A DNA stretch of 64,000 nucleotides from Oscillospiraceae bacterium (GTDB taxonomy: Bacteria > Bacillota > Clostridia > Oscillospirales > Ruminococcaceae). Under the pieces are notes generated by a model. It worked only from the letters and a program-made list of their open reading frames with translations. It did no database searches and was not told the DNA's origin. The position numbers and the translations under genes are program-made. This document shows positions 56,362 through 64,000 of the stretch, one piece after another. The stretch's first letter is position 1, and every line of letters begins with the position of its first letter. The stretch covers positions 938 to 64,937 of the forward strand of contig JAZQYH010000001.1 of the NCBI GenBank assembly GCA_045633415.1. Direction: 5' to 3'.

Positions 56362-57597
56362 ATGGAAAATAAAAAAGGCATTCACTATGGCTGGTTCATA
56401 GTGTTCTCATGTTTTATGATTATGTCACTGTACCTGTGCATCGTTATGAACTGCCCTGGTCTGTTCCTTATCAGCGTAACAGAAGAATTCGGCATTTCCA
56501 GAAGCCAGTACACACTTAACACTACAGTTATTTCTGCAGCAATGATGGTAGTATCAATGAATGCAGGTAGAATTTTCTCTAAATTCAGTGTTAAAAAAGT
56601 TATGATGGTTTCTTCCATCATTCTTCCAATCGCATATTTCTTCTTCTCAAAAGCTTCAAACATCTACATGTTCTACGCAATCAGCGCAGTTGTAGGTCTT
56701 TGCCTTGGTCTTTGTGGTATGGTACCAATGAGTACACTTATCACACGCTGGTTCAATGAAAAGAAAGGTCTGGCAACAGGTCTGGCTTTCACAGGCAGTG
56801 GTCTTGGTGGTATGATTCTGCAGCCAATCATTGGTAAACTTATTGTAAATATAGGCTGGAGAAATACATATGCTATCCTTGCACTGCTTATGTTTGTTCT
56901 GGTTGTACCATGTACAGTGTTCATTCTTAAAGATGACCCAGCTGAAAAAGGTCTGGAACCTGTTGGCGGCAAACCAAAACAGGTTGCAAATACACCTGTA
57001 GCAGATGACGGTATGACACTGGCAGAAGCAAGAAAAAAATCTTACTTCTGGATTTTCCTGCCACTGGTTACAATCTCTTCCGCAGCAGCATGTTCCATGG
57101 TTCAGAACGTTTCACCATACGTTACAGACCTTGGCTTTGACCCAACAGTTGCAGCAAGCCTTTCTGCTCTCAGCCTTGGCATTCTGGCTGCATGTAAAGT
57201 TCTGCTTGGTCAGATTTATGACAAAAAAGGTTCTCTGTTTACAACTGTAATGAGCCTTACATGTCTTGCAGCAGCTGCAGCTTGCTACGGCTCTGCTGTA
57301 AACTCTACATTCCTGTATGCAGGTATTGTTATCAGCGGTCTGGGTATTGCATACACAACAGTAGGCTACCCAATCAACACACAGTCCATGTTTGGCAAAA
57401 AAGATTACAGTGCTATTTACGGTAACGTTGCCAGCTTCTCTTCAATCGGTACAGCTATCGGCTCTCCAATCACATCCATGATTTACGATGCTACAGGCAG
57501 CTACCGTATGGCTTGGTTTATGTGGGCAGCAGTAAATGCTGTTGCAGTAGCAGTATTCATCGTTCTGCACAAAATGGCGGAGAAAGACAAAAAATAA
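56362..57597 (+). CDS. MFS transporter, oxalate/formate antiporter (OFA)-like
   Basis: 411 aa with 12 TM helices. Starts GIHYGWFIVFSCFMIM, with a central loop and a C-terminal six-helix half. Confidence 0.75.
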   Translation: MENKKGIHYGWFIVFSCFMIMSLYLCIVMNCPGLFLISVTEEFGISRSQYTLNTTVISAAMMVVSMNAGRIFSKFSVKKVMMVSSIILPIAYFFFSKASNIYMFYAISAVVGLCLGLCGMVPMSTLITRWFNEKKGLATGLAFTGSGLGGMILQPIIGKLIVNIGWRNTYAILALLMFVLVVPCTVFILKDDPAEKGLEPVGGKPKQVANTPVADDGMTLAEARKKSYFWIFLPLVTISSAAACSMVQNVSPYVTDLGFDPTVAASLSALSLGILAACKVLLGQIYDKKGSLFTTVMSLTCLAAAAACYGSAVNSTFLYAGIVISGLGIAYTTVGYPINTQSMFGKKDYSAIYGNVASFSSIGTAIGSPITSMIYDATGSYRMAWFMWAAVNAVAVAVFIVLHKMAEKDKK

Positions 57598-57607
57598 ACA
57601 AAGTTTT

Positions 57608-57640
57608 AAACACCTGCAGTGTAAATGCAGGTGTTTTTTA
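57608..57640 (+). terminator. Intrinsic terminator after the MFS gene
   Basis: AAACACCTGCA-gtgtaaa-TGCAGGTGTTT followed by TTT. Confidence 0.85.
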
Positions 57641-57852
57641 TTTAAGTATGGTATATATTGATAATATTTTGTGATAAATGCACATAAATTTTAATTAAAA
57701 TTTGTGCGAAAATATGTATATGGTAGAACTTTGTGACTTGCTCACAGTTAGCTTGTGCTAATTGCACTTTTTAGTGTATAATGTAAGCGTAATAAAATAT
57801 ATTATTACATATTCAATTATTAAACATATTTATATATAAAGGAGACAATATT

Positions 57853-59961
57853 ATGCCTCAGATGCACGAAAACTGGTATGGCTTCAAACCAGCTACTTGG
57901 ACAACATCAGTAAATGTAAGAAGCTTTATCAAACACAACTACACACCATATGATGGTGATGAAAGCTTCCTGGCAGGCCCAACAAGAAATACTCTTGACC
58001 TGTGGCTGCAGGTAAGAGAACTGTCCAAAGAAGAAATCGCAGCAGGCGGTGTTCTTGATATGGACACAGAAGTTATTTCTACAATCACTTCCCATGGTCC
58101 TGGTTATCTGAACAAAGAAACTGAAACAATCGTTGGTTTCCAGACAGATAAACCATTCAAACGTGCACTTATGCCTTATGGCGGTATCAGAATGGCTGAA
58201 AAAGCATGTTCTGACAACGGCTATAAAGTTGACGAAAAAATCAGCGAATTCTTCTCAGTTCACAGAAAAACACACAACGCTGGTGTTTTCGATGCTTACA
58301 CACCAGAAATGAGAGCTTGTCGTTCATCTCACATCATCACAGGTCTTCCAGATGCTTACGGTCGCGGCCGTATCATCGGTGACTACCGCAGAATTGCTCT
58401 GTATGGTATCGACAGACTGATTGAAGACAAAAATGAACAGAAAGCTACAACAGAAAAAGTTATGAGCGAAGACAACATCCGTCTGCGTGAAGAACTTTCT
58501 GAACAGATCCGCGCTCTGCAGGAACTGAAAAAAATGGCTGCAAGCTACGGCTTTGATATTTCCCAGCCATCTAAAGACGTTAAGGAAGCAATCCAGTGGA
58601 CATACTTCGGCTACCTTGCTGCTGTAAAAGAACAGAACGGTGCTGCTATGTCTCTTGGCCGTACATCCACATTCCTTGACATCTATGCAAAACGCGACCT
58701 TGATAACGGTGTTTACACAGAAGAACAGATTCAGGAATTTGTTGACCACTTCATTATGAAACTGCGTATGGTTAAATTCGCACGTACACCTGAATACAAT
58801 GCACTGTTCTCCGGTGACCCACAGTGGGTAACAGAATCCATTGGTGGTGTTGGTATCGACGGCAGACACATGGTTACAAAAATGTCCTACCGTTTCCTCC
58901 ACACACTTGACAACCTTGGTTCTTCTCCAGAACCAAACCTGACAGTTCTGTGGTCTGTACAGCTGCCAGAAAACTTCAAACGCTACTGTGCAAAAATGTC
59001 CATCGAAACATCTTCCATCCAGTATGAAAACGATGACCTGATGAGAATGACACACGGTGACGACTACGCTATCGCTTGCTGCGTATCTTCAATGAGAGTT
59101 GGTAAAGAAATGCAGTTCTTCGGCGCACGTGCAAACCTTGCAAAATGTCTGCTGTACGCTATCAACGGTGGTGTTGATGAAGTTTCCAGAAAACAGGTTG
59201 GTCCTAAATACAGAGCAATCGAAGGCGACTACCTTGAATACAACGATGTAATGGAAAAATACGATGCTATGATGAAATGGCTGGCTGAAGTTTATGTAAA
59301 CGCACTGAACATCATCCACTACATGCACGACAAATACTGCTACGAAAAAGTACAGATGGCTCTCCATGACAGAGATGTAACAAGATGGTTTGCTACAGGT
59401 ATCGCAGGTCTGTCAGTAGTTGCTGACTCCCTGTCTGCTATCAAATATGCAAAAGTAAAAATCGTTCGTGACGAAACAGGTTTCCCAGTAGACTATGTTG
59501 TTGAAGGCGAATTCCCTAAATACGGTAACGATGATGACAGAGTTGACAACCTCGCTAAAGAAATCGTTCACAGATTTATGGAACACATCCGCAAAATCCC
59601 AACATACAGAAACGGTATTCCTACAACATCTATCCTGACAATCACATCCAACGTTGTTTACGGTAAAGCTACAGGTTCTACACCAGACGGCCGTAAACGT
59701 GGTGAAGCATTTGCTCCAGGTGCTAACCCAATGCACCGCCGTGATACAAATGGTGCTGTTGCATCCATGGCTTCTGTTGCAAAACTGCCATTCATCGATG
59801 CACAGGATGGTATTTCCAACACATTCTCCATCATTCCAGGCGCACTGGGTAAAGAAGACAGAATCTTCATGGGCGACCTTGATATCGACCTTGACTGCTC
59901 TACAGGCGCTTGTGCAACACCAACACTGTTCGAAGGCCTCGATGCTGAAGACGCTGAATAA
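57853..59961 (+). CDS. pflB: Pyruvate formate-lyase (formate C-acetyltransferase) catalytic chain lacking the glycyl-radical domain
   Basis: 702 aa. Has [16 protein letters not shown] and the active-site [28 protein letters not shown]. Aligns to ...[12 protein letters not shown], then a non-homologous acidic tail and TAA (59959-61). There is no RVSGY motif. Confidence 0.9.
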   Translation: MPQMHENWYGFKPATWTTSVNVRSFIKHNYTPYDGDESFLAGPTRNTLDLWLQVRELSKEEIAAGGVLDMDTEVISTITSHGPGYLNKETETIVGFQTDKPFKRALMPYGGIRMAEKACSDNGYKVDEKISEFFSVHRKTHNAGVFDAYTPEMRACRSSHIITGLPDAYGRGRIIGDYRRIALYGIDRLIEDKNEQKATTEKVMSEDNIRLREELSEQIRALQELKKMAASYGFDISQPSKDVKEAIQWTYFGYLAAVKEQNGAAMSLGRTSTFLDIYAKRDLDNGVYTEEQIQEFVDHFIMKLRMVKFARTPEYNALFSGDPQWVTESIGGVGIDGRHMVTKMSYRFLHTLDNLGSSPEPNLTVLWSVQLPENFKRYCAKMSIETSSIQYENDDLMRMTHGDDYAIACCVSSMRVGKEMQFFGARANLAKCLLYAINGGVDEVSRKQVGPKYRAIEGDYLEYNDVMEKYDAMMKWLAEVYVNALNIIHYMHDKYCYEKVQMALHDRDVTRWFATGIAGLSVVADSLSAIKYAKVKIVRDETGFPVDYVVEGEFPKYGNDDDRVDNLAKEIVHRFMEHIRKIPTYRNGIPTTSILTITSNVVYGKATGSTPDGRKRGEAFAPGANPMHRRDTNGAVASMASVAKLPFIDAQDGISNTFSIIPGALGKEDRIFMGDLDIDLDCSTGACATPTLFEGLDAEDAE

Positions 59962-59983
59962 TATATAACAGGAGGAACATACG

Positions 59984-60226
59984 ATGATTGCATCTAAATC
60001 CCAGATTGACAACCTTGTAGGTCTGCTTGACGGCTACATGGCAAAAGGTGGTCACCACCTCAACGTTAACGTATTCACAAGAGAAACACTGCTGGACGCT
60101 CAGGCTCATCCAGAAAACTATCCACAGTTGACAGTTCGTGTTTCCGGTTACGCAGTTAACTTCATCAAACTGACAAAAGAACAGCAGGACGAAGTTATCT
60201 CCAGAACATTCCACGATCAGATCTAA
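59984..60226 (+). CDS. Stand-alone glycyl-radical domain protein (GrcA/YfiD-like; equals the missing PflB C-terminus)
   Basis: 80 aa. AGGAGG (59970-75) lies 8 nt before the ATG. Reads [68 protein letters not shown]. Confidence 0.85.
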   Translation: MIASKSQIDNLVGLLDGYMAKGGHHLNVNVFTRETLLDAQAHPENYPQLTVRVSGYAVNFIKLTKEQQDEVISRTFHDQI

Positions 60227-60234
60227 TTAAAGCT

Positions 60235-60984
60235 ATGAAGGGTTATATTCACTCAATAGAAAGCTTTGGCACAGTTGATGGTCCTGGTCTGCGCTTTGTG
60301 GTATTCTTTCAGGGATGTCCTATGCGTTGCCAGTATTGTCACAATCCTGATACCTGGCAGCCAAATACAGGGGAACAAATGTCAGCCGAAGAAATAATGG
60401 AAAAGTTCCGCAGGAATAAAAGCTTTTATTCCACAGGCGGCATCACAGTAACAGGGGGCGAGCCTTTGTTACAGATAGATTTTCTTACTGAACTGTTCCG
60501 CATCGCCAAAAGCGAAGGTGTACACACCTGTATTGACACATCCGGTATCACATACAAACCAGACAATGGGGAGTATATGAAAAAGCTGGATACGCTGATG
60601 GAATATACCGACCTGATAATGCTGGACATCAAACATATAGACGAGGAAAAACATCGTGCTCTTACAGCACACAGCAATAAAAACATTTTGGAATTTGTAA
60701 AATATCTTGATAGTAAAAAAATTCCATTATGGATAAGACATGTTGTGGTTCCTACAGTTACAGATGACCCGCTTTATTGGGAAAAGCTGGGCAGATTTAT
60801 GGCCACAGTTTCAAATATCAAAGCCTTGGATGTTTTGCCATACCACACAATGGGTGTTAAAAAATATCACGAGCTTGGTATTGAATATCCTCTTGAAGGA
60901 GTTCCATCCCGGGATAAAGAACTTGCACGCAAGGCAAGGGAAGTTATTATCAACGGTATGAAGCTGGCCAGAGCTGGCAAATAA
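60235..60984 (+). CDS. pflA: Pyruvate formate-lyase activating enzyme (radical SAM)
   Basis: 249 aa with GYIHSIESFGTVDGPGLRFVVFFQGCPMRCQYCHNPDTW. Confidence 0.95.
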   Translation: MKGYIHSIESFGTVDGPGLRFVVFFQGCPMRCQYCHNPDTWQPNTGEQMSAEEIMEKFRRNKSFYSTGGITVTGGEPLLQIDFLTELFRIAKSEGVHTCIDTSGITYKPDNGEYMKKLDTLMEYTDLIMLDIKHIDEEKHRALTAHSNKNILEFVKYLDSKKIPLWIRHVVVPTVTDDPLYWEKLGRFMATVSNIKALDVLPYHTMGVKKYHELGIEYPLEGVPSRDKELARKAREVIINGMKLARAGK

Positions 60985-60992
60985 ATAAAAAT

Positions 60993-61024
60993 AAACACTG
61001 CAGAATTTGGTTTCTGCAGTGTTT
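60993..61024. terminator. Bidirectional terminator
   Basis: AAACACTGCAGAA-tttggt-TTCTGCAGTGTTT, flanked by A and T runs. Confidence 0.85.
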
Positions 61025-61029
61025 TTATT

Positions 61030-61797
61030 TTAGCCGAATATTTTATTTATCATATATTCTGCAAACTCTGTAAGCTGGCAATGGCTGAATTCAGTCTCTG
61101 TATTATATACATACATATTATATGCTTTTGCAATGGTGTCTTTAAAATTACTTATGTTTTCAATACCCCATTCGCCGCCAGCTTTTTTGGATAAAACCAG
61201 ATTTTCCTGCATATATGCATATACCCTGCATAAATTCAGTATTATATACATTGGATTATCCAGTATATCTTCCTTAGCACTTTCTATATCAAATTTGATG
61301 CTGTCCAGATAATATTCTTTCGGCACAGGAGAGAACACCAGTTCTTTATCTTTTCCATACCATGTTATCCCCACATGGTTTATTACTGTGAAATGTGCCG
61401 CAAGGTCTTTGTCTGTTCCTTGCAGTTTATTTAGATGACCATCCATATCATTTATATAGAAAGGCCTGTGATAGTTGGAAAAATGCAGCTGATATGGGGT
61501 AGGGTATACAAAGCTGGTGCAGTCTTTCTCAAGAACAAAGCTCATTTCTATGCCTTTTACACATACTTTATCATTTGTATCCAGAATAAAGGATATTATT
61601 TCCTGCTTTTGTGCAAACTCTGGCGCTGTTTTTGTAACTACAATAAAATCGATATCACTCATAAGGGGATTATAACAGCTGAAAGCCACGGAACCATGCA
61701 GATAAATACCAACAAGATTATCTCCAAGTATGTCCAGAAACTTATTTGTTATGCTATCCAAGGTGGTTTTTACTTTAAAATCTATAGTCTGGTGCAT
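61030..61797 (-). CDS. Aminoglycoside nucleotidyltransferase-like protein (ANT(9)/AadA-type NTase domain plus DUF4111-like C-terminus)
   Basis: Start chosen at MHQTIDF (GGAG upstream). NTase motif is GIYLHGSVAFSCYNPLMSDIDFIVV. Confidence 0.7.
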   Translation of the reverse strand: MHQTIDFKVKTTLDSITNKFLDILGDNLVGIYLHGSVAFSCYNPLMSDIDFIVVTKTAPEFAQKQEIISFILDTNDKVCVKGIEMSFVLEKDCTSFVYPTPYQLHFSNYHRPFYINDMDGHLNKLQGTDKDLAAHFTVINHVGITWYGKDKELVFSPVPKEYYLDSIKFDIESAKEDILDNPMYIILNLCRVYAYMQENLVLSKKAGGEWGIENISNFKDTIAKAYNMYVYNTETEFSHCQLTEFAEYMINKIFG

Positions 61798-62175
61798 TAT
61801 ATTTAACTCCATAACTTACTTTATTTAATAATATCACATTAAAAAGACGGTTACAACAAATAGTTTGATGTGTATAACAATACGAATATCAAATAAATGT
61901 TAAATAAATAACTCGTATAAACTTAATATCTGTTGCTTGAATAAATATGTTGAAAATATGCATAAAAATAATAAAAACACGACAATAGTACATAGTATGG
62001 TGAAATAATATAAACATATCGATGAAAAACGATTAATATTATATTCGTTGTTTGTCAATATGTACAAAAATAGAATATTTAATAAAAATGCATTGACAAT
62101 GCATAAAAATAAGCGTACAATACAGCCATAATAAAAAACAACCGAAAAACGGTTATATAGAGAGAGGTAAACACT

Positions 62176-63030
62176 ATGAAAAAATTATTAGCTTTAGTAT
62201 TGGCAGTAGTTATGGCAATTTCAATGGTAGCTTGTGGCGGCGGTGATGAAGAACCAAAATCAGCAATTGACAAAATTCTTGAGCAGGGTTATATCACAGT
62301 TGCAATTTCCCCAGACTTTGCACCAAGCGAATTCAAAGCCCCGGTTTCCGGTGAAGTAATGGGCATCGACGTTGAATATGCAAAATATGTTGCAAAATAC
62401 ATCAGCGACAAATATGGTGTTCCTGTAGAACTGAAAATTGAAGAAATGGATTTCAAATCCTGTCAGGCAGCAGTAGCTACAAACTCTGTTAACTTCTCAG
62501 TTAACGGCTATGCTAAGACAGATGAACGTGCAGCTAACTACAACTGTGTAGGTCCATACGCTGTATTTGGCACAGATGATGACAGCTACCATGGCGCACT
62601 TGTTAAAAAAGGTCTTAAACTTGAAACAGCTGAAGACTTCAAAGGTCTTAAAATCGGTTGTCAGCAGGCTTCTCTCCAGTACAATCTGGCAGTAGCACAG
62701 CTTCCAGTTGATGAAATGCAGGAAATCGAATACATCACAAACCTGAAAATGGGCGCAACAATGGTTGCAACAGGCAAAATTGATGCTCTTATCACAGCTT
62801 CAGGTGCAGGCGAACTGCTTATGGTTAATAATGCTGACCTTGAAATGGCTGGTTTCCATTTTGAATACTCATCAGAAGGCAACTACGGTCTTGTAAACAT
62901 CAACGAAACAGAACTTGCTGAACTGGTAACAGAAGCTCTTCTGGAAGCAGACCAGGTGCTGAACTATGACGATATCAAAAATGATATGACAAACAAAGCA
63001 AGAGCAATGGGGCTTGAAGTAAACGATTAA
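62176..63030 (+). CDS. Family-3 (amino-acid type) ABC substrate-binding lipoprotein, copy 1
   Basis: 284 aa starting MKKLLALVLAVVMAISMVACGG (lipobox), with YITVAISPDFAPSEF. Promoter is TTGACA 62093-98, 17 nt, TACAAT 62116-21. Confidence 0.8.
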   Translation: MKKLLALVLAVVMAISMVACGGGDEEPKSAIDKILEQGYITVAISPDFAPSEFKAPVSGEVMGIDVEYAKYVAKYISDKYGVPVELKIEEMDFKSCQAAVATNSVNFSVNGYAKTDERAANYNCVGPYAVFGTDDDSYHGALVKKGLKLETAEDFKGLKIGCQQASLQYNLAVAQLPVDEMQEIEYITNLKMGATMVATGKIDALITASGAGELLMVNNADLEMAGFHFEYSSEGNYGLVNINETELAELVTEALLEADQVLNYDDIKNDMTNKARAMGLEVND

Positions 63031-63118
63031 TAAAAAATTAACAAATCAGATGTATTTATACATCAAATGTATGAATATTAATTCCATTCCATAGGTTATT
63101 TAATGAATATTTAATACA

Positions 63119-63160
63119 AAGCAGTGATTATTGAACAGTAAAATCACTGCTTTTGTATTT
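63119..63160 (+). terminator. Intrinsic terminator between the two binding-protein genes
   Basis: AGCAGTGATT...AATCACTGCT followed by TTTTGTATTTT. Confidence 0.75.
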
Positions 63161-63381
63161 TCTGAAAATACTTTTTATCCTATAACTACAGTAGATGTGT
63201 ACATAGTTGACATAATCTTTAAACAATATGTTAAAAAATTGTCTATTTTCACAAATATTTGATTTTCTATAAATATACATTGACAATGGATAAAAATAAG
63301 AGTACAATACACACATACCAAAAAAGACTGCTGATGGTTACAGCAGCTTACTAAAAATTTTATTAAGAGAAGGAAATGATT

Positions 63382-64000
63382 ATGAAAAAATTACTCGCAC
63401 TCGTTCTCGCTATGGCAATGGCAATGTCTATGGTTGCTTGCGGTGGTGCAGAAGACGAAACAAAATCTACTATCGATAAAATCCTTGAACAGGGTTATAT
63501 CACAATGGCAACATCACCAGACTTTGCTCCATCAGAATTTAAAGATCCTGTTACAGGCGAAGTTATGGGTACAGATATTGAATATGGCAAATATGTTGCA
63601 AAATACATCAGCGACAAATACGGTGTTCCAGTAGAACTGAAAATCGAAGAAATGGATTTCAAATCCTGTCAGGCTGCTGTATCTACAAACTCTGTACATT
63701 TCTCACTTTCCGGTTATGCAGAAACACCTGAACGTGCAGAAAACTACAACCTCGTAGGTCCATACGCAACAATTTCTTCTGACGAAGATACATACCATGG
63801 CGCACTTGTTAAAAAAGGTCTGAAACTGGAAACAGCTGAAGACTTCAAAGGCATCAAAATCGGTGCACAGCAGGCTTCTCTGCAGTACAACCTGGCAACA
63901 GAACAGCTGCCAATCAGCGAAATGCCAGAAATCGAATTTATCACAAACCTGAACATGGGCGCAACAATGGTTGCAACAGGCAAAATTGATGCTCTCATCA
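63382..64000 (+). CDS. Family-3 ABC substrate-binding lipoprotein, copy 2 (3' end beyond the window)
   Basis: Starts MKKLLALVLAMAMAMSMVACGG and is colinear with copy 1. Open to the window end. Promoter is TTGACA 63280-85, 17 nt, TACAAT 63303-08. Confidence 0.8.
   Translation, partial: MKKLLALVLAMAMAMSMVACGGAEDETKSTIDKILEQGYITMATSPDFAPSEFKDPVTGEVMGTDIEYGKYVAKYISDKYGVPVELKIEEMDFKSCQAAVSTNSVHFSLSGYAETPERAENYNLVGPYATISSDEDTYHGALVKKGLKLETAEDFKGIKIGAQQASLQYNLATEQLPISEMPEIEFITNLNMGATMVATGKIDALI

Noticed and set aside
59940-59990. The split pflB as a trivial frameshift or nonsense pseudogene
   Set aside because: The junction is not a single indel. The large ORF gains ~30 non-homologous codons, ends in TAA, and the small ORF has a consensus AGGAGG 8 nt before its own ATG. 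Sequencing error still has to be excluded experimentally (see finding).
58324-60214. Minus-strand ORFs of 243, 199, 111 and 104 aa
   Set aside because: They are antisense to pflB and the glycyl-radical gene.

Overview
The window looks like a chromosomal segment of a low-GC Gram-positive anaerobe. I infer Clostridia-like from gene content only: PFL/PflA, PPDK, T-box leaders, DnaD/DnaI-type loaders, GatCAB and a forespore-type promoter. I can support about 60 protein genes, 5 tRNA genes (Ser-UGA and Ser-GCU on +, Trp/Asp/Thr on -), 2 T-box riboswitches and many intrinsic terminators. I see no rRNA, CRISPR array, transposase or integrase. Most genes are housekeeping: a CapD-type dehydratase with a sugar-phosphate transferase, yebC, rpsF-ssb-rpsR, prfB (no frameshift), deoD, murD, ppdK, gatC/gatB, class I fumarase subunits and pfl genes. 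They are interleaved with transporters, M20 amidohydrolases and small unknowns. The seven items most worth a second look are listed here. (1) Pyruvate formate-lyase is split into a 702-aa catalytic chain and a separate 80-aa glycyl-radical protein with its own SD and ATG, directly upstream of pflA. (2) Two tandem, paralogous T-box leaders carry different specifier codons (UUC and UAC). Each precedes a TrpX-family binding protein, and the two share one permease/ATPase. (3) A self-cleaving XRE-S24 repressor sits with four 15-bp palindromic operators and a divergent 86-aa two-TM protein. (4) The GatA-position gene lacks the amidase catalytic triad. (5) There is a DTD2-type D-aminoacyl-tRNA deacylase homologue. 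(6) There is a zinc-ribbon/pseudokinase/PASTA membrane protein. (7) A duplicated tRNA-Ser 3' end brackets a G+C-rich, ORF-less 290-bp segment. All functional calls rest on motif recognition by eye; no database search was possible.
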